Shown here in pieces: positions 22,400 to 36,120 of a stretch of DNA of 48,420 bases (its first letter is position 1; every line of letters starts with the position of its first letter). Both the position numbers and the translations under genes were made by a program. The notes under the pieces were generated by a model that had not been told where the DNA came from, searched no databases, and worked only from the letters and a program-made list of their open reading frames with translations. This DNA comes from Octopus bimaculoides (taxonomy: Eukaryota): contig NC_068991.1 of assembly GCF_001194135.2 (NCBI RefSeq), positions 74,739,093 to 74,787,512 on the forward strand. Reading direction: 5' to 3'.

Positions 22400-23503
22400 T
22401 TATTTATGTATGCATTCTCCTTTCACTTTCTGTCTATAGAATCCAACCCCAAAGTTGTGGCTTTCGTAGAAAACTTGCTCAATTACAATGCACTGGAACT
22501 GAACCTGAAACCATCTGGTTGGGAGTCAAACTTCCTACCTATACAGTCATGTCTGCTGTTAGTGAATGATTTACATTAGGTTTAACTGTTAGCTGATACG
22601 TTGTAATATATTCATCAGAGGATGCATTGTTGTAACCATCTGTTATTGGTTGTTTGTATATCTCACTTCTATTTGAAGATCTATGCACACAATCTATCAT
22701 CTACTATGCAGCAAATACCGCTAAGAGTAAACAAAAATACAGTTCTTTGTTTCCAGTTTCTAGTTTCCACCTGATCACTAAATCGAAAACAATCTAAACT
22801 TGCACCATTTTTCTCCAGTTTTTCATAATTTTTGAAAAAATGTTTAAGTTTGTTAAATTATTTTTTTTTACTCTCATTTTTATCCCAATGGAAGTAAGGC
22901 AAAAAGGCATTCTCAACCATCACAGCTGTCATATTTATAAAAAAAAAAATGATATTTTGTATGGATCATTATGCAGATAATTAATGACAGTGATCGAAAC
23001 GGGTAAAATAGAAGAACAGAAAAAATTTTGTTTTTGTTTTTTTTTCACCTGCTTTCCATTCGCTCTTCTTTCTAATTATTGGAATTATCAGTTGACCAGC
23101 CATTTCCGATACCTGGAACTAGATCAATAAGGTTTTATTGAAGATTTTCAGCGTGAGAAATAATTGTATGTGATTACTTAAATGTAAATTTTATTTGAAT
23201 ATTGATTTTTTTCTTCCCTAAGGAATAAAAAAACAAACATACACATGCAAATAAATATACATATGCAAATAAAAAAAAATTATTTACTATTAAAACCCAG
23301 CTGAAATTATTATTGAAAATTTCCCCATAACATCTCATTTTTTTTTTTAAAAAAGGGTGCTTTGTCCTTGAATTTTATTCTGTTTTAATTGGTTGTTCCT
23401 AATGGATTGTAATTGTTCTTTGAGTTTTAAGAAATATCTTGGTTTTGGTTTGTAGATAGTGAAATCAGAAGGAAGGAACAGTGTTTCTTTTTGCTTTTAA
23501 TTG

Positions 23504-23542
<39 letters not shown>

Positions 23543-23667
23543 CTTTAACGACTTATCACTTGTCATTCTTTGGTAAATGTGCACAAAGAGGGAATTATAT
23601 TTTTTAAGGATCTGTTTTAATATATTAAAATGGAATGAGATGCTCTGATAGATTTTTGTTGTTCTGG

Positions 23668-23699
<32 letters not shown>

Positions 23700-24314
23700 G
23701 TAATAATAATTGTAATAATAAGAACTCACATGAACACACAAAGAAAAAGTAGACTAGAGAATCTTGAAGATTTCTATGCAACGTTTCAATAGATGTTAAG
23801 TTTTACGAATGTCTGGTATTTGCTGGTTGACTGTTTTACCATCTCCATAGGAAAATAAACGAAACAAAAAAAAAAGAAAAAAAGATGAAGAAAGAACTGA
23901 CTGATGGAAATATTTTTTTTTTCTGCAACTTATGTTCTGTTGCTTATATTATGTTCATTTTCTTAGTGTGAAGTGAAGAAAAAAGAAAAACCAAACAAAA
24001 ACCAGATATTCATGATACTGGAAGTTCTGACCTCCTGAGCATTTACTGTTTCTGAATATTAAATATTTTTTATTNNNNNNNNNNNNNNNNNNNNNNNNNN
24101 NNNNNNNNNNNNNNNNNNNNNNNNNNNNNNNNNNNNNNNNNNNNNNNNNNNNNNNNNNNNNNNNNNNNNNNNNNNNNNNNNNNNNNNNNNNNNNNNNNNN
24201 NNNNNNNNNNNNNNNNNNNNNNNNNNNNNNNNNNNNNNNNNNNNNNNNNNNNNNNNNNNNNNNNNNNNNNNNNNNNNNNNNNNNNNNNNNNNNNNNNNNN
24301 NNNNNNNNNNNNNN

Positions 24315-24387
<73 letters not shown>

Positions 24388-24458
24388 CATCATTATCATA
24401 ATTTTTACAACTGTTTTTCCATGTTTGCATGGGTTGCATATACATATATAGATATATG

Positions 24459-24501
<43 letters not shown>

Positions 24502-24547
24502 CATGAATATATAAATACATGCATGTATAAATGTATGTGTGCATGCG

Positions 24548-24580
<33 letters not shown>

Positions 24581-24673
24581 GTGTGTATTTATATATATAT
24601 GTATATATATGTGTGTGTGTGTGTGTGCATATGTGTATGTATATATATATGTGTATATTTATATATGCATGTT

Positions 24674-24704
<31 letters not shown>

Positions 24705-24728
24705 GTATCTATATATGTTTGTATATAT

Positions 24729-24766
<38 letters not shown>

Positions 24767-24830
24767 GCATATATATGTATATATATGTATGTATATATGC
24801 ATATATATATATATATTTAAAACTGCTGAT
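24315..24830. repeat. Compound (TG)n/(TA)n microsatellite block
   Basis: Directly visible, and the source of several spurious YI/CV-rich ORFs. Confidence 0.95.
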
Positions 24831-25034
24831 TACATCATCATCATCTTTTATATCCAATCTCCCATGATGCTGCTGTGAGTCAGATATGTTATCTGTGGCA
24901 GTGTTTTATGGCCAACCATCCTTACTTACCTCTTAAAGCATGCAGCGACATGGTGTATCTTTTCTAAAATCAGAATACATGTAATATATGTATGTATGCA
25001 CACATGTATGCATGTGTGTGTTTGTGCATGTATG

Positions 25035-25074
<40 letters not shown>

Positions 25075-25084
25075 NNNNNNNNNN

Positions 25085-25124
<40 letters not shown>

Positions 25125-25362
25125 TTTTTACCTGGTGTGTATTTTTTGGGACATTTGAAAGCCATGGTATCATTTATATGTAATGAAGTGTAGAAGCGTA
25201 GGTATATAAAGTTCGTTAACTTGAATTCAATGTTCTTAAATTATATTATTGATGTGTGTCCCTGGTGCAATATCGAGCACCTCTCTCCTGCAGTCCTATA
25301 TATATTCGTCTTTTTCAATCAAAAGAAACGAAATTTATAACTTACTTCTTGTTATATATATA

Positions 25363-25407
<45 letters not shown>

Positions 25408-25408
<1 letters not shown>

Positions 25409-25698
25409 CATCATCATCATCATTTAACATCCGCTTTCCATGCTAGCATGTGTTGGCCGATTTGACTGAGGACTGGTGAAATCAGGTGGCTACACCAGGC
25501 TCCAATCTGATTTGGCAGAGTTTCTACAGCTGGATGCCCTTCCTAACGCCAACCACTCTGAGAGTGTAGTGGGTGCTTTTACGTGCCACCGGCACAAAGG
25601 CTAGTCAGGCGGTACTGGCAACGGCCACCCTCAAAATGGTGTATTTTATGTGCCACCTGCACAGGAGTCAGTCAAGCGGCACTGGCAATGATCTCGCT
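25408..25698 (-). mobile_element. RTE LINE 3' UTR fragment
   Basis: (CAT)n tttaacatccgctttccatgctagc...ggatgcccttcctaacgcc. Confidence 0.75.
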
Positions 25699-27249
25699 CA
25701 TAAATCCTCTTTCTTTTCTTTCCTTTCCTGAGCATCCAATAACACAGTACTTGTCCCATGTCCTCTCGTTTTTGTTTTTTCTTGCTTGTTCTTGTTTGGA
25801 TTGATTATATATATATGTATGTATGTATATATATATATATACTTTGAAGTTTGGTCCCACTGCACAATACTTTGGGCAAGTGTCTTCTATAGCTTAAGGC
25901 TAACCAATGTCTTATGAGAGAATTAGATATGTGGAAACTGCATGAAGCCTGTTTCAGTGAAGTAATGTGTGTGCGTGTGTGTATAGCTAGTTATCTCTCT
26001 CACTTTCTCTCCTTATACACACATGCGTGCATGCACATACACACACACACACACACTTATATATAACAGGCTTCTTTTAGTTTTCTGTCTATCAGACCCA
26101 ATGTTTTGGTTGGTCCAGGGCTTTTGTAAACGAAAAAAGAGATTTGTGTAAGGTGACACATGGTGGAATTGAACCCTAAACCACTTTGTTGGAAAACAAA
26201 CTTGTAAGTCACACAGGATGCCAAGCAGATATGTAGAAGAAAAAAAAATTAATATTTTACATGGCTGAGTTGGTAGAGTGATCAACAGAATATCTTGTGG
26301 TATTTAGTTGCATCTTTTTGCACTCCAGGTTCAAATACTGTGAGAATTGACTTTGCCTTTTGTTCCTTCCAGGGGTGAGAGTTGGTCAATACAATGATTA
26401 CCAGTTAATTACTGGGGGGTAGTGTGGGGTGTGGGGATTAAATTGACCTGCACTCTCCAACACATAAAACGTTGAGGCCACCACGAGACTCATCATCATC
26501 ATCATCATAATTTAACGTCCGCTTTCCATGCTAGCATGGGTTGGATGATTTGATTGAGGACTGGTGAACCAGGTGGTTGCACCAGGCTCCAATCTGATTT
26601 GGCAGAGTTTCTCCAGCTGGATGCCCTTCCTAACGCCGGGGTATGTGGGTGGGTGGGTGAAAGTCAATCAACTTTNNNNNNNNNNNNNNNNNNNNNNNNN
26701 NNNNNNNNNNNNNNNNNNNNNNNNNNNNNNNNNNNNNNNNNNNNNNNNNNNNNNNNNNNNNNNNNNNNNNNNNNNNNNNNNNNNNNNNNNNNNNNNNNNN
26801 NNNNNNNNNNNNNNNNNNNNNNNNNNNNNNNNNNNNNNNNNNNNNNNNNNNNNNNNNNNNNNNNNNNNNNNNNNNNNNNNNNNNNNNNNNNNNNNNNNNN
26901 NNNNNNNNNNNNNNNNNNNNNNNNNNNNNNNNNNNNNNNNNNNNNNNNNNNNNNNNNNNNNNNNNNNNNNNNNNNNNNNNNNNNNNNNNNNNNNNNNNNN
27001 NNNNNNNNNNNNNNNNNNNNNNNNNNNNNNNNNNNNNNNNNNNNNNNNNNNNNNNNNNNNNNNNNNNNNNNNNNNNNNNNNNNNNNNNNNNNNNNNNNNN
27101 NNNNNNNNNNNNNNNNNNNNNNNNNNNNNNNNNNNNNNNNNNNNNNNNNNNNNNNNNNNNNNNNNNNNNNNNNNNNNNNNNNNNNNNNNNNNNNNNNNNN
27201 NNNNNNNNNNNNNNNNNNNNNNNNNNNNNNNNNNNNNNNNNNNNNNNNN

Positions 27250-27315
<66 letters not shown>

Positions 27316-29247
27316 CACACACACACACACACAGTACTTCGTATGGTTTCACCTATGTGTGCGTGTGTGTGTGTGATTATCTTCACATCATGTTCAAATT
27401 GTAAACGAACCTCACTGTCATACAAGTAGTGTCATTTGTTGCAGTTATTTATGAAAACATGTCCGGACTATGGAAAATATTCCCTTGCTTGGAAATAGGT
27501 GAAAGTTGGTGACCAGCAGTGCTTTTGGCTCTAGTAAACCTGCCTCAACAAATTTCATATGACCCATGCAAGCATGGAAAAGTAGACATTAAAATGACAA
27601 CAATGATGATGATGATATTTATTGAAAGCTGGGTAAAGCCACACAGTATCCTGTTTTTTGCCATCATGTTACTTGGCTTGTCAGTTATTGTAGAGTAGGT
27701 TCTGTAGTTCCACCTTTATGTAGTGTTTGAATTTTTAGAAGCTGGTTGTTATTAGCTATTATGTCCTGAGGTTAATTTTGTGCAGCTATGGCATATCAGA
27801 AAAATATTGTATTTTCATTGTGTAAAAGAGTTTTTATAAGAAAGAAATGAACCCTATTTTGTGTATGTCACATATTTGCAGTTACGAAAAATTTAGAATG
27901 ACTTTTAAACGGAACGCACTCTAATGCTGTTTACGATATTTGAGATTTCATTTTTGATAAGAAACATTGTCATGTGCTAATTGTTTGAGAACTGTTTAAA
28001 ATTTAGATTTTCTCAAATATACATAAATATCTAAATGATTTAGATTGTATGTATGTATGTAAAGTTTTGTATCTTAAATAGTCTCATATAAATATAATTT
28101 AATTTATTATTTTCCTCAAACCTCTTGTATGTCACTAGGGCAAAGCTGAATTGTCTTTGTGATGTTCTAAAGGTATAATTATGCTGATGATATCTAATCT
28201 TAAAATGATTTACTATCAGTTTGTACTTTATTCGTTTCTCATTAATGGTAGCGACTGCAAAGCTAACTAATTCTTTTTCTTATTTAACTGTAATTGACTG
28301 GACATACGTTCTCCAAATGACAGTTGCATTTTGTGTGAAAATGTTATTTGTGTTCCAATAATTTGAATTATTCATTATTAATATTTTCTAGATTGTTAAT
28401 GGATAGTAGTGTGTTTGCAAAATGTCTTATGGTTAAATAGTTTATCTTTAGCAAGTTTGGGTTGAAAAATTTTCTGTATTTATGCCCAGGAGAAAAATCT
28501 AATTTTACAAGATTTAAAAATATTTTTCCAGTCTGGGTTGTAACATTGATTGAGTATGATAGATGAAACCACATGATCTTTTTTTTTGTTTCTTCTTACA
28601 AGTCTGTGTGTATTTGTGATATTTAATACCTTCTTTAGAAAGCTAGATGTATAGATTTGCTACACTGTTCAATGAGCTTTTGTCGTACAAGACATCCGAA
28701 ATTCTTTTACTTAAATTTATGGATGTTTCCATGCTAGTGGCATGTGAAAAGCATCCATTACACTCTTGGAGTGGTTGGCATTGGGAAAGACACCCAGCCA
28801 TAGAGACGTTGCCAAATCAGATTGGAACCTGGTGCAGCTCCCTGGTTTACCAGTTTTCAGTCAAACCGTCCAACCCATGCCAGCCTGGAAAACAGACGTT
28901 AAATGATGATGATGATGATGATGATTTTGAAGAGCGAATAATGGGTGGGGTTGGAATTAACATTTATGTATAGTATCTAAATATTTGCTTTAATGTAGGG
29001 TTCATGTTTTTGTTCATTTCGGTTAAAGGTACATCTTAGAAACTCCCTATTTTGAGGCTGCTGCTGCTGGCTGCTATTTTGAGGTTTCAAATTCTTGAAT
29101 AGTTTGCTTAGAATTGCGCCTGAATTTATCTGCTTGTTGCCTTTTTGATGCTTTTCAAGGCACATCTTCATAAAACTATATCAAAATATTTGGAAAAGAT
29201 TTTACTCATTTAGACTGTTAAAGTACACACGTGCGTGCACATACGCA

Positions 29248-29286
<39 letters not shown>

Positions 29287-30892
29287 TGCACACACACATT
29301 TCTTTTATTTTCTTTGAGTGCTTTCTCCCTAAAGACAGTTTTTTTTATAGAATCTTTATTTTCTTTTGAGATGCTGTGAAAACATTGATATAATACACAT
29401 TACACTGACATACATTGAAGAGACAATAGAACAATGTTCATTTGTACAGGCATGTGGGGTGAATAGCAGACAAGGTTAGGTGAAACAGTGACATGGATTG
29501 ATGACCACCAACAGCTATGGTAAAAGTATGAAAAGGAAACTACCAGAAGAAATAATTTATTTAGGTATTAGTTTATGTGATGGACTAATCATGGCTGGAA
29601 TACTTTTCATCCACTGTTCCATAACACTTTCAGTTTAATAAAAAAAAAATGCATTCTTGCTACATGTTAGTATCACTTGAAATTGACTTGTTTTTCCTCT
29701 TTTCTGGCTGCTTGTCATCTGTTTTTATTAATTGCATCCATACTTGTTTTCCCCTTCGAAACTTTCTTCTTGTTTCTAATCTCTTGCCAAACTGACACTA
29801 TTTATCCCAATCGTATTATGTTTACAAAGGAAAAAAAAACAAAAAAAAAACTATTGATAAAAATTATGTCTTTAATTACAGATGTTTAAAAATATTAACA
29901 TACCTGTTATTTGACGAAGTCATTTTAATCTTTACTGCTTTGAACCACTGTAATAATCTGAGTAAATCTTCACATTAAGTATTCCTCATTTTTTTTATCG
30001 ATAATATTCAGTTAGTTAAATTATACACCCATGATCATAGGCATTTGTTGAACATTCAAAACTTTTTCAGAATTGGAAATTACTTATTTAAATCCAATTT
30101 TCAATAATTCATCATCGTTGTCATGCTCATTTAATTTTCCTTACTGACATGAGTTGAACTTTTCTGAAATACTACCACTCTCCGTATATCGTAATCCTGT
30201 TGTCGTTCTTGCTTAACCCTAAGTCAGACTTAATCAAACAGACATTTGATGTAAAATAACTTCCAGTTGTGACTACTCCGTCATTTAAAATAATGTCTAA
30301 ACTAATTATTTCTTCTTACAATTTCCTTCGTGTAAATCTATCATAACTGCTCATTGCCATCAATTCATGTTACTGTTTCACCTAGCGTTATCAACCATTC
30401 ATCCTGCATACTTGCTCATGCCAGTATTGTTCTTTTGTCTCTTCAGCTTAAATCAACGATACATTTTATATTGTATTATTTTCACCTTCTTTAAGGTGGA
30501 AAGCTCATAGAACCATTAGTGAGTTGGACAAAATGCTTAGTAGCACTTCTTTGGAGCTCTTTATGTTCTGGAATCAAATTCTGCCAAGGTTGGCTTTGCA
30601 TTTCATCATTTTGGAGTCAGTAAAAGAAACACTAGTTGAACATTTGGGTCAATGTAATTGCTGGTCTTGTGCCAAAATTTAAAGCCATTATTTTCATATT
30701 TTCTCATTTATTTGTTTTAAAATTAATGATGCAGACCCAATTTGTCATATTCATGAATTCTTGTGAAACTGTTTTTGATCCTCTTCATTTTTATCCTGTG
30801 TATCATTTTCATACATCATTGCTCCACATCTCACAGTGAATGTCTTGTATAAAATGAAAGAGATGACCTTTGCTGAGGTAGCAATTCTTAAA

Positions 30893-31115
30893 CCCTTTTG
30901 TTACTATATCTCTTTTGAGATGCTCTGCATTTCTTTCAATTAATTTTTAAATATAACAAAGAATTTAGTAAAATAACTTAGTTATCATTAAGCCAGTGTT
31001 AGGAGCATAAATTGTGACTAAGGTTTGGTGAAAGATTTTTATTCAGAACCTTTGAAAACAAGACATTTGTACTGCAGAGTCAGAGGTGGTTTCAGCCGGG
31101 TTGGTATTGAAAGGG
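30893..31115 (+). mobile_element. piggyBac-like MITE, same family as 13187
   Basis: TTAAA|CCCTTTTGTTAC ... GGTATTGAAAGGG|TTAA. Confidence 0.85.
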
Positions 31116-31639
31116 TTAATATAATCCTTTGAAGTTAAATGATAAACCGCATCTGTGTCTGGCAAGTCAGTTTGGCATGGTGGCTTACTGTTTTAGGTGC
31201 CTGTGTAGTCACAAACAGACATAGACACTCTCTCAGCCTACTCACCCCTAACCCAGTGGAATGTCCTCTGTATGACAGTTGGAAGATGAGGGCGTTACAC
31301 TAGCACTGTGTTGGTACTCATTGTAGGTGACTAGATTGGACGAACATGAAATGAAGCACCTTGCTCAAGGACATTTCATTTCAAGACTTGCTGCACAGTC
31401 CAGAAATTGAACCCCATAACCTTATGATTGTGAAACCTTCAACACTAATATCACTCTAATATCAGTTTAAAATTCTGGCCCAAGGCCAGTGAATTCAGAG
31501 GAGGGGTTAGGTTGGTTACATCCACCCCAGTGTTCAAGTAGCACTTATTTTATTGATTCCAAAAGAACGAAAGACAAAGTTGACCTTGGTGGGATTTGAA
31601 CTTAAAACGTAAAATCAGACAAAATGCTTCCTTGTTTTG

Positions 31640-31855
31640 GCATTGTGTGATAGTTGTAAACGAGAGTCCATGTCATACAAGGCGTGTCATTCATTTCCTA
31701 TGTTCTGCAAAAACATGTCTGGCCATGGGGAGGGAGATATTACCTTGCTTGGAAACCGGTGCGGGTTGGTGACAAGAAGAGCATCTGACCATAGAAAAGT
31801 TCTATCAATAAACTTTGTCTGGCCCGTGCAAACATAGAAAACTGGACATTAAAAC

Positions 31856-31908
<53 letters not shown>
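31640..31908 (+). mobile_element. SINE 3' body with RTE-like tail and long (GAT)n
   Basis: aaacatgtctggccatggg...tggacattaaaacgatgatgat(n). Similar bodies lie at about 18970-19140 and 27410-27615. Confidence 0.65.
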
Positions 31909-31910
<2 letters not shown>

Positions 31911-34448
31911 CTGTCTCTTTTGTGTCTTTCAACTTGGCTGAAACTGTGATTTCACAGTTGTATTCTGTGTAGAAACCTTTATTCAAGTCGTATTGACTGA
32001 CAAACAAGTCTATAAAAAAAAAGTGTTTTCATGTGTCAACAATTTAAATGGTTCTTTTCTTTTGTAAGAAGTCATTGAATTTGGTTCTTTCTGTTTTTCT
32101 TCTTCTTTGGAATGTTTTCTTTATAATTTTTTTTTTATTTCTGAGAAAACATCCTATTTTTTTTTTTCTTTTACACTCTGAATGGGTTTTTAAAAGCAAA
32201 AAGTCAAGAAGAACAAAAAGAAAAAAAACTTGAAATCATAAAAATAAGAAACGNNNNNNNNNNNNNNNNNNNNNNNNNNNNNNNNNNNNNNNNNNNNNNN
32301 NNNNNNNNNNNNNNNNNNNNNNNNNNNNNNNNNNNNNNNNNNNNNNNNNNNNNNNNNNNNNNNNNNNNNNNNNNNNNNNNNNNNNNNNNNNNNNNNNNNN
32401 NNNNNNNNNNNNNNNNNNNNNNNNNNNNNNNNNNNNNNNNNNNNNNNNNNNNNNNNNNNNNNNNNNNNNNNNNNNNNNNNNNNNNNNNNNNNNNNNNNNN
32501 NNNNNNNNNNNNNNNNNNNNNNNNNNNNNNNNNNNNNNNNNNNNNNNNNNNNNNNNNNNNNNNNNNNNNNNNNNNNNTGAATGGATGCCCTTCTCACTGC
32601 CGACCCTCAATTGTTTTGAAGTCAAGCAATATTTTCTCATGGCCGGACATGTTTTTCATGAAATATTGGAAATGAATGGTACTGTCTGTGTAACATGGAC
32701 ACAACTATCATGTGGTGTCAAGACAGGAGACACAATCACATTCTCTCACCTTCTTGCAGACACATATGTATACATATTTTCTCTCTCTCTCTCTCTCTCT
32801 CTCACATGCACAATGAGATTCTTTCAGTTTGCATCTGCTATATTCACTCTCAAGGATTTTGTTGGTTTTGGACCTTAGTAGACAATACCTAACCAAGGTA
32901 TCGCAGAATAGGACTGAACCTGAAACCATGTGGTTGCAAAGATGACATCTCACCAAGAGAGTTCTGTCATTATAGGATATTAATGAATATATATTTATCA
33001 GATGTAAAAATTGTCCACAGCTGGAGGGAAAGTGAGGTGCACCAATACTACGTTGATACTCCTTTTCAGCTGGTTAGACTGAAACAGGAAAAAAAAAAAA
33101 AAAAAATTCCTGTCCAGGAATTGAACTGTGACCTTAAGATCATATGCTCAGTACCCTAACCACCAGGCCATGCACCAATATAGCTAAATAGAAAATGAAG
33201 AAAAAGAATGAAGGGAAGCTTTTTATAAAATCCCTTAGAACCATGCTGTTGATGATATTTGAACATGTGATGTTATTTTGGTTTCTCAGTTAAGAATCTA
33301 TTGTTATTCTTTGTCAGATATTTTCTTGTTTCTTTTCTTGGTCTTCTTTTCTGCGATTCCTCTGATGCTTTTGTTCTGTGTCAGTTTCTAAGACAGCTTT
33401 ACATATTCACTGCTGAACAGGTTGTTATTCTCCGAACCCAGTAAAACGAGTGAAAATAAATTGATAGCCAATTTCACAATGGAAATATTGAAACATATAA
33501 CTATATTAAGAATTTTATGATGACATATTCATTGTTGAATAATTTGTTATGTAATAAAAGGTGCTCGGGCAAATTAAATTGATGGCCGTTTCAAAGTTGA
33601 TGTGTAGCTCTATTATATTTTATAATTACAACTTCAAATGTTGTAGCTGTGAAATCAGTCTGGGCTGTTATTGATGATTATGCTCTTTCAGACTTGCTTT
33701 CTAATAACTTTTCCAACTTAATAGTATTTTAAATCATTAATCTGCATCTTTTTTTTTTGAAAAAGAAAATGAAAATATTTCACCTTTTTGTCTTCATTAC
33801 AAATTATTAATTGATCATTCGGAATGGCAAAATTTGGTTTTGGTGACTCTTTGAACAATTGGTCTTTCTTCACTGTCCAAATTTTTTTCATTTTCCTATG
33901 TTTCATTCTATAAGTCCTTCCATCTGTTTGTGTGAATTTCTTCCAATCAATCAAACTTTCTCCATGTATATTTTTGTTTAATTTTTGTAATACTGAATCT
34001 GTTTACAGTACCTTGCACTAAAATATATGTATGTATGTGTGTGTACACACATGCATATATGTATCCATACATAGAATGCTGTATAAACATGAAAGAATAA
34101 ATCCACAGCAATTAAGAGCTCAATTAACAACAGGTTATTAAATTCCCAGAGGTTATTGCATTGCAGTAAATCCAAATGAGACAGGCTTGCATCCATATCC
34201 AATTTTTGGCTAAAACGTTTTTAAGAGCAACTTATTTAGCATAAATGCATGCTACTTTGTCATATTCATGACTGTTGACTTAAATTAATTTAATTCAAGT
34301 TAATTATGTATCACAATTATGTAATTGTACTTTTTATGGTGTTTCTCTTAATGAAACAGCTGTTGAATACAGTTAAAGTCTGGAATATATCTGCAATTTA
34401 TGCTTTTTTTGCTAAATATATGTGTATGTATGTATGTACATATATGTA

Positions 34449-35001
34449 TCATCATCATCATTGTTTAACTTCTGTTTTCCATCTGGCAGTGTTTTACAGC
34501 TGGATGCCCTTCCTAACGCCAACCACTCCAAGAGTGTAGTGGGTGCTTTTTATGTGCCACTGGCACAGGGGCCAGAGGAGCTGGCATCAACCATGATCGG
34601 ATGGTGCTTTTTACGTGCCACCAGCATGGAAGCCAGTCAAAGCAGCAGTGGCATCTGCCACGTTCAGATGGTGCTTTTTACATGCTACTGGCATGGGGCT
34701 CACAACTACAATTTCCATTTGATTTGATTTTGATATTGGTGTTGATGATGTACTTGACTCAATAGATCTCCTCAAGCATGGCATGTCGCCCTATGATCCA
34801 AGGTACTTTTGAGTGGGCTGGTTATGTGACACTGGTGTAGGTTCCAGCTGTGGACTCACTTTATTTGCCGGGTCTTCTCNNNNNNNNNNGGACTCACTTT
34901 ATTTGCCGGGTCTTCTCAGTCACAGCATACCTCCAGAGGTCTCGGTCTTTTGTCATTGCCTCTGTGAGGCCCAACGTTCGAAGGTCATGCTTCACCACCT
35001 C
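34449..35001 (-). mobile_element. RTE-clade LINE 3' end including the ORF C-terminus
   Basis: The minus strand at 35001-34895 reads EVVKHDLRTLGLTEAMTKDRDLWRYAVTEKTRQIK-stop, followed by the 3' UTR and (GAT)n tail shared with the many short copies. Confidence 0.8.
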
Positions 35002-35355
35002 AACAAATATATTTCACACGGTTCAAACATTATCTGATATAAAACTGGGTAAGCTTTCTTAAGATGGACAGATATGGTTATTATAATCAAAGGTTCACAA
35101 CCTACTCAGTTTCAACACAGATGGGGCTGTTTATGACTCGGTTGTGAACACTTTAGCCTGGATTAAAACTCGGAGTAGATTGTTAACTTGTGCTATAATA
35201 CACAAACAAGCATATGATGATAATGGTAGTGAGAATGTATGCGTGTGCTTGTATACACACACACATACACACACATCTTCAGGATATGTCTCATGTTTCA
35301 GTTCTATATGCAATGATACTCATTAATGTTTCTCGTTAATTTCTCTTCATTACAG

Positions 35356-35558
35356 TACTGATGAGAGTGCAACTGAATCCATATTAAAGTCACAACAGAT
35401 ATACGCAAGTCTTTGCGGAAAGATGTCCCTTAATACAGCCAGGGATGCATTCATCACAGCACTTTGTAAAGCATCGTTACCTCCACATTATGCCCTGACG
35501 ATACTCAATACGAACCCGTCTGCTGGGGATTCAAATACTGCTGCTTCGCCACCCAAAG
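35356..35558 (+). CDS. MON2: MON2 homolog, internal coding exon (last visible)
   Basis: Acceptor cttcattacAG ends at 35355 and donor aagGTaatg starts at 35559. Translates (S)[67 protein letters not shown], resembling MON2 STDEAATENILK...[23 protein letters not shown]. Phase 2 to 1. Confidence 0.96.
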
Positions 35559-35596
35559 GTAATGCAAAACAACAATTTAATATTATTTCTCTTTAT

Positions 35597-36120
35597 GACA
35601 GCGAGCTGGCAGAAACGTTAGCACACCAGGTGAAATGCTTAGCGACAGTAGAAAAGAATATTATTTCTCTTTATGGCAGTCAGTTGGCAGAAATGTTAGC
35701 ACGCTGGGCGAAATGCTTAGCGGTATTTCGCCCATCGTTATGTTCTGTGTTCAAATTCTGCTGAGGTCGACTTTGCCTTTCATCCTTTCGGGGTCAATGA
35801 ATTAAGTGCCAGTTGCGTACTGGGGTCAATCTAATCGACTGGCACCCTCCCCCAAAATTTCAGGCCTTGTGCCTAGAGTAGAAAAGAATATTATTTCCCT
35901 TCCCAAGGGAGTGAGCTGATGGAATCTTTACCCTACTGGTCAGAATGCTTAACAACATTTCTTCTGACTTTACGTTCTGAGTTTAAATTCCTCCAGGGGC
36001 AACTTTGCTTTTCATCCTTTCGGAGATTGATAAAATAAGTACCAGTGCACTGGGGTTGATATAATTGATTTATTCTCTTCCCTGGAAATTGCCAACTTTG
36101 TGTCAAAATTTGTAACCATT
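35597..36120 (+). mobile_element. Head-to-tail array of a third SINE family (deleted, full and degenerate copies)
   Basis: agcgagctggcagaaacgttagcac...gttcaaattctgctgaggtcgactttgcctttcatcc. Other copies lie at about 4760-4975 (-), 5655-5855, 14655-14800, 26265-26450, 30500-30690 and 31465-31630 (-). Confidence 0.75.

Noticed and set aside
32197-32253. Start of the missing MON2 exon (AKSQEEQKEKKLEIIKIRN, open into the gap)
   Set aside because: The frame fits, but the acceptor (taaaAG) is purine-rich and the peptide has no recognisable MON2 similarity. A-rich sequence is often open by chance. Not excluded, but unsupported.
33718-34202. Minus-strand ORFs of 74-78 aa suggesting a nested gene
   Set aside because: No recognisable domain, no convincing splice structure, and low-complexity A/T content.
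34852-34917. Direct repeat ggactcactttatttgccgggtcttctc on both sides of a 10-N gap
   Set aside because: Typical unmerged contig overlap, an assembly artefact that probably hides no sequence.
35423-35764. 113-aa ORF as a standalone gene
   Set aside because: The first part is the MON2 exon and the rest is read-through into SINE sequence past a good donor at 35559.
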